A stretch of 64,000 bases of DNA from an uncultured Desulfomonile sp. GTDB taxonomy: Bacteria > Desulfobacterota > Desulfomonilia > Desulfomonilales > Desulfomonilaceae. Location: contig CALGLN010000085.1 in the NCBI GenBank assembly GCA_937930835.1, positions 22,898 through 86,897 of the forward strand. The letters run 5' to 3'. Below the pieces are notes generated by a model. The model worked only from the letters and a program-made list of their open reading frames with translations, did not search any database and was not told the DNA's origin. Numbering within the stretch: the stretch's first letter is position 1; each line of letters starts with the position of its first letter. This document shows positions 1 to 9,218 of the stretch, in pieces. The position numbers and the translations under genes were made by a program.

Positions 1-373
1 AATCCGGTAGACATTTTCCACCTACCAAATGCGTAGATGAACTATTAAAAGCTTCACCAATAGCGCTCAGCCAAATCTTGTCAGCAACAATGTCGTCGTC
101 CACAAATACGAGAATGTCCCCATCTGCCTCTATCGCCCCTCTGTGTCTTCCGGAAAGCAGTCCCGGGATTGGCTCAAAGTAATATCTGATCCTAACCCCG
201 TAATTCGATTGAATAAGTTCTCTAGCAACATTTGCAGTATCGTCAGCTGAACCGTTGTCTATAATGAGAATTTCATACAAATTACGTGAAATTTCCTGAT
301 TCAAAACGGACAGGACAGCAATTTTCAGCGAGGCGCTTCTATTAAGAGTCGGAACAATAATTGAATACTTCAT
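1..373 (-). CDS. Family 2 glycosyltransferase (GT-A), N-terminal part only; the rest lies beyond the left window edge
   Basis: My own minus-strand translation from ATG (371-373): MKYSIIVPTLNRSASLKIAVLSVLNQEISRNLYEILIIDNGSADDT...GDILVFVDDDIVAD. This is a typical GT2 N-terminus (IVPT.N, DNGS.D, DxD). It is absent from the ORF track because it runs off the edge. Confidence 0.8.
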   Translation of the reverse strand, partial: MKYSIIVPTLNRSASLKIAVLSVLNQEISRNLYEILIIDNGSADDTANVARELIQSNYGVRIRYYFEPIPGLLSGRHRGAIEADGDILVFVDDDIVADKIWLSAIGEAFNSSSTHLVGGKCLPD

Positions 374-824
374 TCAGGAAGCTCCAATAAAATGCTTCAA
401 TATGATTTTACTGAGAGCCTAGCCAAGTTCCCTCTAAATTCATTTCTTCAAGGATAAGCTCTGTTTGAAGATATATCCTCTCTAGTCCGGCCCTTCAGCA
501 GGCAAAGAAATTATATCACAACCTGTTATGGTTGTGAGACGAGGTAAAATATTTTTCAAATACATTCAAACACGCCAAAAAAACCCTTTGGTCATCCTTT
601 GCGATTACAACTAGCTATCTGTGAACGCGATTAGAAATCATTAGCGCCATAATATGAGTAAACCTTTGAATGCGGCTCTTGGATAAATGTCGCAACATTG
701 TTGTTACTGAGGCAATCAATCTAAGAGTTAGTTAATTAACTTTTTGATTTTACCAGGTGTTTTTTATTATAATTTTCTTTGGGAATAGGGGTCTATGCGT
801 CAATCAATCTTGAAAGAGGTTTAG

Positions 825-3158
825 GTGAAGACAGTTATCTTGGTCCTGTCATGTGGCAAGCCTGAAAACCAACGTACAAGTTGGGAAATTCCATTTTATG
901 CTCACGGGCTAATTACTCGCCTTATAGAAGTATCAAAGGTCGAGATATTGCTCATGGACAATAATAATGAATCGCGCCATCTCCATGAGATAAAATCATA
1001 TTCTGGAACGGAAATCAAATTGAACAAACCGAGAAATAATATTCTTGGGTTGCCTTTTGATGAGCGGTTTCTCGACTATCGTCCATTCATCAATGACTCT
1101 ATGAGGGTCTATGAGTTTTTGAAGGAAAACTCCTACGATGTCGTAATATTTGATGTTCATAATGCATACGGTTTTGTGCCGATAAGATCTAAAAAAGTTG
1201 GATCGGATTTTCAAGATGCTATCCTAATGAGCTGGTTCAGGACCTGCCACGAGTTTGAAAGGGACCAGTCGCTTTATTCTCCGGGGGTTTGGGACGACTA
1301 TATGCTGGACCGTCAACGCGATTTTGTAGAAAGATACGGCTGTGAGAACTCGGACTTAGTATTGTTGCAAGCTGACGCTTTGCTGGAATGGAGCAAGGAA
1401 CGTGACTGGGAAATAGATCCCAGCGCTGTTGTTAGGGTTTCAGAATTCAAGGACGGTAAAATGGACCGTTTCTTTACAGATCTGGCTAAAACAGCAAATA
1501 AAAAGTCAACGATTGTTGAAGCGCCGGATAAATTGCCCAAAGTATCCATATGTGTTGCTCACTTCAATGATGGAAAGAATCTCGTCGGACTTCTCAAATC
1601 GATCGAAAAAAATGAATATGAAAACTTTGAAGTGGTTGTGGTAGATGACGGCAGTTCCGATTTAGAATCGCTCAAGATCTTGAGACAGCTCCAATCACAA
1701 TACGCAGACAAGAATTGGCGATTTGTTTTCAAACCGGAAAACGAAAGCATTGGTCCAACCAGGAATTTTTCCGTAACCCAAGCCACTGGTGAATTGATAA
1801 TCTTTATGGATTCTGACAATCTAGCGACCTCAAACATGATAACCGACTTTGTCGAGGGAATTCTGATCTCTGGAGCCGATTGCCTTTCATGTTCCATGAT
1901 ACAGTTCTCAGGGGAATCTGATGAGGTGAATCATACGAACATCATAGGCTTCTGGATGCCACTCGGTACTTGCTTGGAAGCGGGAATTTATTCCAATGAA
2001 TTTGGGGATGCCAATTTTTGTGTCAGAAAATCGGTGTTTCTGGAACTTGGAGGATTCACAGGTGTTCGGGGGGAAGTTGCCGACGACTGGGAATTCCTTT
2101 CGAGGCTTGTGTTATCCGGCCGCAAACTTGAGGTAGTGCCAAGACCTCTATTTTTCTATAGAATTAGATCGTCTAGTTGGCTTAAGAGCGCCTGGTCCCA
2201 CCATTCTACTCAGACATTGAGATTGAAAATTCTCTCCAACACATCTGTTTCCCATCAAAAGATCATCCACAATATGCTGGTCGAAATGATAGCCGAGAAT
2301 GAGCGACTCATAAGTGTCGTTTCCAGATTGGACAGGAAAATAGTTAGAATAGTCCTCAGATGCTCCGAATTGATTACTGAGAAACAGCGAGTCGCCGTAG
2401 TAAAATTTTTCAGCAGGATTGCCAATTATTGCCGCTTCGATTTGCTGTCTGGGATTCTCGAGGAAAAAATTGCTGCCCTGAAAAAAAAGTATTCAGGGAT
2501 CAAAAAAAGCGTCATGACTTCACGTTTGACTCAGCAAAATCCTTTGAGCGATGAAACTCTCAGCGCCTGTTCCAAAAAACCTATAAATGGAGCCACTAGC
2601 CTGCCTATAAATGAATCTCGGTCATCTCAGTTGGCGCAAGTGCTAGAGGGTTGGAATTTGCCTTCGGATCGCCCGCTTTTTGCGTTCATTGGCGAACTAA
2701 CCGAACAAACACGACCACTTGGTTTTCTAAGACTCGCTTACTGGATGCAGATGCTCGGTGACAACAGTTATTTCCTAATGCTTGGAGGGGGTCCTTTGAG
2801 CAAGGATGTTGAGCTAACTGTCCAAAAATTCAAGCTCAAAAATTTTAAATGGACTCTTGACACAAAATTGCGTCACGATCTGTTCCCCCTCCTTACGGGA
2901 TTTGTGTCAACAACCATGTCCGGGTCATTACCATTTGAAGTGGTTGAAGCGCTTTCTCATGGAATACCGGTGTTTGCCGCAGAAACTCCAGCGGTCAAAA
3001 ACCTCTTGTCAGACTATCAAAGTGGCTTCACAGTAAATCACGATCCCGAAAAGAAGGACTTTTCAGACTGTTTCAGGATGTGGAAAGATAATATAGAGCT
3101 GTATAGATCATCAGCTATTGAAACAGCTCCCCTCATACAAAAATCTTTTCAACATTGA
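825..3158 (+). CDS. Large multidomain glycosyltransferase: a central GT2 (GT-A) domain flanked by GT4-like (GT-B) N- and C-terminal halves
   Basis: 777-aa ORF with a GTG start and AGAGG 6 nt upstream. The GT2 core is VSICVAHFNDGKNL...NFEVVVVDDGSSD...ELIIFMDSDN. The C-terminus PFEVVEALSHGIPVFAAETPAVKNLLSDYQSGFTV matches the GT4 E-x7-E region. The N-terminal ~210 aa resemble a Glyco_trans_4 Rossmann half. Confidence 0.8.
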   Translation: MKTVILVLSCGKPENQRTSWEIPFYAHGLITRLIEVSKVEILLMDNNNESRHLHEIKSYSGTEIKLNKPRNNILGLPFDERFLDYRPFINDSMRVYEFLKENSYDVVIFDVHNAYGFVPIRSKKVGSDFQDAILMSWFRTCHEFERDQSLYSPGVWDDYMLDRQRDFVERYGCENSDLVLLQADALLEWSKERDWEIDPSAVVRVSEFKDGKMDRFFTDLAKTANKKSTIVEAPDKLPKVSICVAHFNDGKNLVGLLKSIEKNEYENFEVVVVDDGSSDLESLKILRQLQSQYADKNWRFVFKPENESIGPTRNFSVTQATGELIIFMDSDNLATSNMITDFVEGILISGADCLSCSMIQFSGESDEVNHTNIIGFWMPLGTCLEAGIYSNEFGDANFCVRKSVFLELGGFTGVRGEVADDWEFLSRLVLSGRKLEVVPRPLFFYRIRSSSWLKSAWSHHSTQTLRLKILSNTSVSHQKIIHNMLVEMIAENERLISVVSRLDRKIVRIVLRCSELITEKQRVAVVKFFSRIANYCRFDLLSGILEEKIAALKKKYSGIKKSVMTSRLTQQNPLSDETLSACSKKPINGATSLPINESRSSQLAQVLEGWNLPSDRPLFAFIGELTEQTRPLGFLRLAYWMQMLGDNSYFLMLGGGPLSKDVELTVQKFKLKNFKWTLDTKLRHDLFPLLTGFVSTTMSGSLPFEVVEALSHGIPVFAAETPAVKNLLSDYQSGFTVNHDPEKKDFSDCFRMWKDNIELYRSSAIETAPLIQKSFQH

Positions 3159-3170
3159 TCGGAAAATTAG

Positions 3171-3779
3171 TTACATCTTCGAATAGCAATCCCTACACAC
3201 TTTAAGCTCTCCGACCAATTCAGTCTTGGATGGCATAGTTGGCTCCATGCATTTTTGACACAATTCCGACGGTTCAATCACAGCCTTTGCCGGCATCTCC
3301 AATTTGGCCTGCGTCAAAGCAAAAAGTTCATCAATCTCTTTGGCCAGAATAGAGTGGCTTTTCTCGGTGTGGATCTTTCTAAATTCAGCAATCTCGTCTT
3401 CATTAGCCTGATCCAATCTGACCAGGTTGATTAATTCCCGGTGGCGCGGATCAAGAGATAATATGTCGGGCTTCAGAGAAATTCGAATCCCCTGTCCAGT
3501 GTTTCTACTGACAAAAGTAAAAACGTTTTTCCCGTAATCTTTCAGGATCAAATTACCTTTGCCTGATGTGCAGCCGGTAATGGTCTGTATGGCGTCTACG
3601 CCACATGCGTTAGTTTCTGAAATGGCCACAATTTCTTCGTCCAATGAACGCTGATCCTTCAACCAATCCATAGCAGTCATGGCAGCCCTGTAACCAATAG
3701 CCAACCCCGGACACACATGGCCATGAAATCGTGCCGCCGTTTTCCAAGAATCGCTCTCAAGTATTTCGCGTAGTTCCAT
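3171..3779 (-). CDS. FmdE/FwdE-family protein with a C-terminal zinc ribbon
   Basis: 202-aa ORF with FHGHVCPGLAIGYRAA and NACGVDAIQ motifs typical of the FmdE domain. The C-terminus carries CQKC...CRDC. Confidence 0.75.
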   Translation of the reverse strand: MELREILESDSWKTAARFHGHVCPGLAIGYRAAMTAMDWLKDQRSLDEEIVAISETNACGVDAIQTITGCTSGKGNLILKDYGKNVFTFVSRNTGQGIRISLKPDILSLDPRHRELINLVRLDQANEDEIAEFRKIHTEKSHSILAKEIDELFALTQAKLEMPAKAVIEPSELCQKCMEPTMPSKTELVGELKVCRDCYSKM

Positions 3780-3848
3780 TGTATTCCCCTAAGATTAATG
3801 AAATGGATCATTAATAGATCAAATTTATTAACTTAAAATCAAGCCCTC

Positions 3849-4218
3849 TCATTGGTCTGTCAATTCAGACCTCGCTTTTACCGCGCTAAGATGCATCTCG
3901 TCCGTCGGCCCAAATTTATCAATATCCTGCAACGTGTAATATCGCTGTCCCTTGATAAATCCACTTAGAACCAAAGGCCTTGTTTTCAAAACGTCAAGTG
4001 ATCAATCCTCGTTAATCGCTTGGTCCTCAACCTCTAGACTCAGCGCCTTACCGATCAATAGTACATAATTTTCTTCAGAAATTAACTTTACGAGTTCACA
4101 CTCCATCCACGCATAGCATTTAGCTATTCCCTGGCGGTCTCACAGTTCTAGATGGCTTCTCTTGAGGTCCGGCAACTTCAAATTCATAAGAGACACTCTT
4201 AGCACGTTTAACCGTTAT
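3849..4218 (-). pseudogene. Decayed flavin-reductase-like (FMN-binding split-barrel) gene remnant
   Basis: My translation of the minus strand gives ...GIAKCYAWMECELVKLISEENYVLLIGKALSLEVEDQAINED-TGA-SLDVLKTRPLVLSGFIKGQRYYTLQDI. This resembles the C-terminal half of PF01613 flavin reductases. It is interrupted by an in-frame TGA (4002-4004), an upstream stop and at least one frameshift, and no intact N-terminus is present. Confidence 0.4.
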
Positions 4219-4421
4219 GTGCTACCTAAATCTTCGATAATCGGAAACCTCTGTAAAAACATGTCTTCAGATTCCTATGCTTAAAATCATTTACAAATGG
4301 ACTCAATCTATAAACTAAGTCAGTTTCAATTTTTCCACAAATAGAATATTAGCTAAAGAATCATCATCATGATTTGACTTGTATAGGGGAGCAATGTCTG
4401 TGAAAGAACCAGGAGCACGTT

Positions 4422-5027
4422 ATGGAACAAAAGATTCGCAAGTCATCGACAACAAGCTACGAAATACCTGTTACTTATTTCAATCGTCCCGGTCGTCGTA
4501 ATACAAAAAAAGTCCTGGAATGTGTGCGCCGTAGAAGCGACGAAACAAATATCAAGGTCGTATTGGTTCCATCTGTTAGTGGAACAACGGCTATGATGGC
4601 TCGGGACATCTTGGCTACGGATGTCCGAATAGTTGTGATAACGCATGTAACGGGTTTTGAAAAACCTAATCATCAGGAGATGCCCAATGAAATGCGACAG
4701 GAACTGGTTGCAAAGGGAATAGAAACTCTAACCGCTCAACACGCTTTCGGCGGTGTCGGACGAGGTATCAGGAAAAAATTGGGAACTTATCAAGTCGATG
4801 AAATAATAGCCTACACATTACGAATGTTTGGTCAAGGAACCAAGGTAGCCATAGAACTTGGCTTGATGGCTGCCGACGCAGGTTTGATAAGAACTGACGA
4901 AGATGTCATATCCCTTGGCGGCACAGAGCAAGGTGTGGATACTGCTCTTGTCATTCAGCCGGCATACAGCGCTGATTACCTTAAACTAAAGATTAGAGAG
5001 GTGATATGCAAGCCTGCCAAATTTTGA
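4422..5027 (+). CDS. Pyruvate kinase alpha/beta (C-terminal) domain-like protein
   Basis: 201-aa ORF with AGGAG 7 nt upstream. YFNRPGRRNTKKVLECV...VVLVPSVSGTTAMMARD resembles the stand-alone PK_C-like family seen in anaerobes and archaea. Recognised from memory only. Confidence 0.55.
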   Translation: MEQKIRKSSTTSYEIPVTYFNRPGRRNTKKVLECVRRRSDETNIKVVLVPSVSGTTAMMARDILATDVRIVVITHVTGFEKPNHQEMPNEMRQELVAKGIETLTAQHAFGGVGRGIRKKLGTYQVDEIIAYTLRMFGQGTKVAIELGLMAADAGLIRTDEDVISLGGTEQGVDTALVIQPAYSADYLKLKIREVICKPAKF

Positions 5028-5237
5028 AATCGTTAATTCTTTTGAAAGTCTTTGGACAATGAATATGAACTTATGGGAATTAAAGGAGGGATTCTGGTTT
5101 TGTTCAGTAAACACAAAAATTTGCTCTTTATTATTTCAAATTGGAACGGTCACAGGAAGTAATTTCGGAGTTATTTCAGTTAGGGCCAGATGCTTGAAAT
5201 AACCGTTTCAGGTCATGCGAACCCTGGCCCCAATTGA

Positions 5238-5957
5238 TCACAGAGCCCTGATTTTTTCGAGGTCAAGTGTCGTCATAATCACTGCCCCATTTTCTGACAT
5301 GTCTTTTAGGGCCTTCTTGGAAGAATCATCTGCGACTCCCCGGCACAATTCCTCAACAACGTAAACTTTATAGCCGTTTTTCAAGCCATCCAGCACAGTG
5401 GCGTTAACGCAAAAATCCGTCGCGATTCCGTAAACTACTATAGTTTTTATTCCCATTTCTTTGAGCATCTTGTCTAGATCTGTTATTGCCCCACCGTCAT
5501 CTTTGAAGCCTGAGTAGGAATCAAATTTTGAGTCAGAGCCTTTCTTCACAACTTTGTTTATCAACGCTGAATCCAAAAGAATCTCGGAGCCAGGGGAAGC
5601 TTGAACGCAATGAGGCGGCCACAACACCTGTGTCCGGCCATCAGGTAGCTTAATAGTGTCGAAAGGGTTTTTGCCTGAGTGATTAGTTGCAAAAGACATG
5701 TGGTTAGCTGGATGCCAGTCCTGGGTAGCCAATACCGGTATTCCCAAATTCTTCAATTCCTGGGTAGCCTTAGACACTTTGTCAAGATACGCTCGGTCTG
5801 ACCCGGGAACAGCAAGTGATCCATTTCGAGCAGTAGTAAAGTCACCCTGAACATCCACCACTACCACGGCCACTCCTTCCTTCGCGTGCGATACGAGTGT
5901 TGTCATGCAAATTCCCAGAAGTGAGAAGCAAAGTGCCACCGCAATCATACCTTTCAT
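5238..5957 (-). CDS. pncA: Nicotinamidase/pyrazinamidase (isochorismatase family) with an N-terminal signal peptide
   Basis: The ORF is trimmed to the ATG at 5957, which is preceded by GGGGAG. The signal-like N-terminus is MKGMIAVALCFSLLGICMTTLVSHA. Catalytic motifs are VVVDVQGDF, QDWHPANHMSF, WPPHCVQ, VVKKG and TDFCV. Confidence 0.7.
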   Translation of the reverse strand: MKGMIAVALCFSLLGICMTTLVSHAKEGVAVVVVDVQGDFTTARNGSLAVPGSDRAYLDKVSKATQELKNLGIPVLATQDWHPANHMSFATNHSGKNPFDTIKLPDGRTQVLWPPHCVQASPGSEILLDSALINKVVKKGSDSKFDSYSGFKDDGGAITDLDKMLKEMGIKTIVVYGIATDFCVNATVLDGLKNGYKVYVVEELCRGVADDSSKKALKDMSENGAVIMTTLDLEKIRAL

Positions 5958-6074
5958 GTTTTTTCTCCCCTTTTCGAATTTGAACATTGTCACGTGGATT
6001 CCCTCGCAACATGATGAAACATTTTTGTTGAAAGTCAATTATCAAAGAAACTCTCTTCAAGGCCTGGAGATTTG

Positions 6075-6251
6075 CTACTCAGTTGTCGTCATCCTGGGAA
6101 AAAATATTACCAAAAGACCAAAAGGACCTAGAAGCACCCCTGCAAAGAACCATCCTGGAACACTTCTATTCTTTATTTTTGCAATTAAGCCGCTCAAAAA
6201 TCCAAAGATCAACGGTAAAACAATCGCAAGAATTAAGGGGGGTTCCATCAT
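6075..6251 (-). CDS. Small two-TM membrane protein, function unknown
   Basis: MMEPPLILAIVLPLIFGFLSGLIAKIKNRSVPGWFFAGVLLGPFGLLVIFF has two hydrophobic helices. GAGG lies just upstream of the tandem ATGs at 6251/6248. The start choice is uncertain. Confidence 0.5.
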   Translation of the reverse strand: MMEPPLILAIVLPLIFGFLSGLIAKIKNRSVPGWFFAGVLLGPFGLLVIFFPRMTTTE

Positions 6252-6299
6252 CAACCTCACTGATAGTCTATTCGAGAAGCTCACGAATAAACTACAATC

Positions 6300-6788
6300 T
6301 TACTCTCTGAATCTGTCATCGGACCGCTTGACTCTAAATCTAACTGCCTTATCATCCAGCCAACCTCTAGCGGATTCGGCTCTGTTATCAATGTCGGAGA
6401 CAAACGGTTTTATGTCTATCAAAGGTGTTCCATCAAGTATGTCTAAATCCTGAATGTGAAGAATGTTCTTTTCGACTGAGATTAATCGGACCACAGATAT
6501 TCCAACAGGATTCGGTCGCTTGGGGGACCTAGTCGAGAAAACACCTCGTAAAGTCTCATCTAGAAATGGTTTTGTCAGCAGAGAGTAGCCCTTGGAATTA
6601 TGAAAGTGGTATATCAAGAATATATGTGAAAAGCCCTCTAAGTCCTTCAAACCGGGAGCAAACGGATCGAATATCTCCACATGTCCCGCGAAATCCTCGC
6701 CCCCAGCCGGTTGAATGGGCATGCCTTCTGCACTTTCAAAGGGTGAGTGAATTATGCCGATGGGTTCGTAAATTATTTTGTCGCTCAT
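6300..6788 (-). CDS. trmO: tRNA (t6A37) methyltransferase TrmO (TsaA/YaeB family)
   Basis: PIGIIHSPF...GMPIQP...VEIFDPFAPGLKDLEGFSHIFLIYHFH...RSPKRPNPVGISVV is characteristic of the UPF0066/TrmO family. I prefer the ATG at 6788 over the TTG at 6812. Confidence 0.8.
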   Translation of the reverse strand: MSDKIIYEPIGIIHSPFESAEGMPIQPAGGEDFAGHVEIFDPFAPGLKDLEGFSHIFLIYHFHNSKGYSLLTKPFLDETLRGVFSTRSPKRPNPVGISVVRLISVEKNILHIQDLDILDGTPLIDIKPFVSDIDNRAESARGWLDDKAVRFRVKRSDDRFRE

Positions 6789-6930
6789 TAGATAGGGCCT
6801 CGAAAAACTCAATTCATTAAAGGTCTAACGAAGACGTCAAATGTCCAAAACATGATCAGGACATTTGAGTAGTCCTAAAACAGCGTATGCAATTTCCCCA
6901 AATTTTCTGGCTCTAAAGTTTCTTAAAATA

Positions 6931-6959
6931 TTAGAGGCGGTTAAGTGGACCGCCTCTAA
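6931..6959 (-). terminator. Rho-independent terminator after the ACAD/hbd operon
   Basis: Perfect 11-bp stem TTAGAGGCGGT / ACCGCCTCTAA with a 7-nt loop, 29 nt beyond the stop at 6988. On the minus strand it is followed by TATTTTAAG. Confidence 0.75.
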
Positions 6960-6987
6960 GAATAGCCTAGAATCATTCAATCATAAA

Positions 6988-8157
6988 TTAGAGTGTCCCA
7001 GAGATAACGATCCTTTGGATCTCGTTTGTGCCTTCGTAAATTTGAGTTATCTTTGCGTCTCGCATCATTCTTTCAACAGGATATTCGGTGCTGTAACCGA
7101 ATCCGCCCAGAACCTGAACTGCCTCTACTGTAGTCCACATTGCAACGTCAGAGCAGTATGCCTTTGACATTGAGGAGTGCCTAATGGTCTCGGGCGGTAT
7201 CTTGGAAAGATCTTTTTGGACTTTATCGAGAAGAGAACAGGTTTTCCACAACAACATACGTGCGGCAGTAATTCGCATCGCCATGTCTGCTAGCTTGAAG
7301 GCGATCGCCTGATGTTTTATGATCGGCTTACCAAACGCGACCCTCTCCTTGGCATACTGAGTAGCATACTCAAAAGCTCCAGCTGCTATTCCTAGGGCCT
7401 GCGCCGCCACAGACGGGCGACTGAAGTCCAGCGTTTTCATCATGATATGGAAACCGGCGCCTTCTCCGGCCAAGAGGTTTTCGGCAGGCACTTCGACATC
7501 CTCAAATATTAGTTCTCTTGTGTCTGAAGATCTTATGCCGAGTTTGCTTTCCTTTTTGCCAATCGTGAAGCCTGGCATTCCCTTTTCGAGTATGAATACG
7601 CTGGCCCCTTTATATGGCGCGACATCGGGATCCGTCACAGCGTAAACACTGAAGGTGTCAGCGATTCCACCGTTGGTTATCCACATCTTCGAGCCATTGA
7701 GTATATACTTGTCGCCTTTTTTGACTGCCCGGGTTTTCAGAGCCGCTACGTCAGAACCACCCTTGGATTCGGTCAAACCGAACGCCGCAGTTGTTTCTCC
7801 GGTTGACAAAGGTTTGAGATATTTTTCTTTCTGCTCATGATTACCCGCTAGGATTATCGGAAGACTACCAAGTTCCTGAACAGAAGGTATAAGAGCTACC
7901 GAAGCATCAGCCTTTGCTAATTCCTCTACCACGATGCAGTGAGCGATCATGCCGGCGGCCATTCCATCATATTCTGCTGGAAAATCAACGCCCATGAGAC
8001 CGTTTTCTCTCATGAGCTCGAGCATGTCGTATGGATATTCCCCCTTTTTATCTCTCTCCTCGGCTGTTGGGGCAACTTTTTCCTTAGCAAGCCTCCTGAC
8101 CATGTCCTGTAGCATCTGTTCTTCTTCGGTCAACGAGAAGCGGTCATTATCTTTCAT
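6988..8157 (-). CDS. Acyl-CoA dehydrogenase (short/medium-chain, butyryl-CoA dehydrogenase-like)
   Basis: 389 aa. Motifs: AFGLTE..GGSD, WITNG, and C-terminal QIYEGTNEIQR. Confidence 0.9.
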   Translation of the reverse strand: MKDNDRFSLTEEEQMLQDMVRRLAKEKVAPTAEERDKKGEYPYDMLELMRENGLMGVDFPAEYDGMAAGMIAHCIVVEELAKADASVALIPSVQELGSLPIILAGNHEQKEKYLKPLSTGETTAAFGLTESKGGSDVAALKTRAVKKGDKYILNGSKMWITNGGIADTFSVYAVTDPDVAPYKGASVFILEKGMPGFTIGKKESKLGIRSSDTRELIFEDVEVPAENLLAGEGAGFHIMMKTLDFSRPSVAAQALGIAAGAFEYATQYAKERVAFGKPIIKHQAIAFKLADMAMRITAARMLLWKTCSLLDKVQKDLSKIPPETIRHSSMSKAYCSDVAMWTTVEAVQVLGGFGYSTEYPVERMMRDAKITQIYEGTNEIQRIVISGTL

Positions 8158-8188
8158 TGTATCCTCCAGTTTTCTTCCATTCCATTAA

Positions 8189-9043
8189 TTATTCATAGTC
8201 GTAGAAACCCTTACCGGATTTTCTACCGAGCCTTCCAGCTCTAACCATCTTTTTCAATAGCCCGGGAACCCTATACTTCGGATCGCCAAACTCTTCATAC
8301 AAATGTTGCTGAACGTTTAAAAGTGTATCCAAGCCCACCAGATCAGCGAGGGCCAAAGGTCCCATGGGATGATTTGCCCCGAGTTTCATTCCTTCATCTA
8401 TCTCTTTTGCTGTGGCTAGGCCCTCTTGCAGAACGAAGATAGCTTCGATAACCATAGGAACGAGAATACGGTTGACCACAAAACCAGGGGCTTCTAAGAC
8501 TTCTATGGCAGTCTTACCCATTTTGGCTGACAGATCCTTGATAATCTGAACAGTCTTGTCTGAGGTTCCATAACCTCTTATAATCTCAACGAGTTTCATC
8601 ATTGGAACAGGATTAAAAAAATGCATGCCAATAAATCTGTCCGGTCTAGATGTAACTGCAGCCATTTCCGTGATGCTAAGACCTGAAGTGTTGGTTGCAA
8701 AAACAACATGAGGGGCGGCTAGCGAATCGAGTTCCGTGTACACGCTCTTTTTAAGATCCATCTTTTCAATGACAGCTTCAATTGTAACATCCACGCCATC
8801 CACCAAGTCCTTTAGCCCAAGACATCCAGAAATTCGTCCCCGGATTGCCTCGGCTTCTGATGACGCAATAAATCCCTTGTCCGTCATACGCTTCAGATTC
8901 TTCTCAATTGTTGAAATCCCTTTTTCAAGAAATCGGGTTTCAACATCCATTAGGTTGACCGAAAAACCACTTTGTGCGGCTACCTGGGCGATACCAGCGC
9001 CCATTAGACCTGCTCCAATAACACCTATTTTTTTGATTTCCAT
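8189..9043 (-). CDS. hbd: 3-hydroxybutyryl-CoA dehydrogenase
   Basis: 284 aa. N-terminal [14 protein letters not shown] Rossmann motif, HFFNP, GFVVNR, and the C-terminal 3HCDH domain. Confidence 0.9.
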   Translation of the reverse strand: MEIKKIGVIGAGLMGAGIAQVAAQSGFSVNLMDVETRFLEKGISTIEKNLKRMTDKGFIASSEAEAIRGRISGCLGLKDLVDGVDVTIEAVIEKMDLKKSVYTELDSLAAPHVVFATNTSGLSITEMAAVTSRPDRFIGMHFFNPVPMMKLVEIIRGYGTSDKTVQIIKDLSAKMGKTAIEVLEAPGFVVNRILVPMVIEAIFVLQEGLATAKEIDEGMKLGANHPMGPLALADLVGLDTLLNVQQHLYEEFGDPKYRVPGLLKKMVRAGRLGRKSGKGFYDYE

Positions 9044-9186
9044 AAGGCTTACGCCCCTCCTTCAACACACGGATTAAGACGTTGGCAAATCTTTTTAGAA
9101 GGCCCATAATTGCGGGCTGATAATCTGAAACATTACCAGAGCGCAACTTTTTGATCAAGCGTTTAAAATAGTTATGAATCGTTTGG

Positions 9187-9218
9187 TTGATGAAATTTGA
9201 TGAACATGTTAATGAAAT
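9187..9218 (+). repeat. Three phased direct repeats (TTGATGAAAT / TTGATGAACA / TTAATGAAAT) in the divergent hbd / thiolase promoter region
   Basis: The repeats start at 9187, 9197 and 9209 (10-12 bp period). They sit immediately upstream of a TATAAT hexamer at 9223-9228. Confidence 0.45.

Noticed and set aside
2481-2508. A8 and A7 homopolymer runs in the large glycosyltransferase gene as possible phase-variation tracts.
   Set aside because: The runs are short for slipped-strand switching and encode a Lys-rich linker (LKKKYSGIKKS). Nothing else suggests contingency-locus behaviour.
3482-3490. A TTCGAATCC string resembling a tRNA T-loop.
   Set aside because: The flanking bases cannot form a T-stem (GAGAA / CCCTG). 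No acceptor or anticodon arms are evident, and the string lies inside the FmdE coding sequence.
4002-4004. The in-frame TGA inside the flavin-reductase-like remnant as a possible second selenocysteine codon.
   Set aside because: The same remnant also carries an upstream stop, a frameshift and no N-terminal half. I know of no Cys at this position in the family, and I saw no convincing hairpin after it. Decay explains it better than recoding.
5905-6453. A 182-aa plus-strand ORF, and other long antisense ORFs such as 25760..26155, 12672..13100, 45389..45820 and 57442..57873.
   Set aside because: Each lies opposite a confidently identified gene. They have no SD or motifs, and their composition is typical of shadow ORFs.
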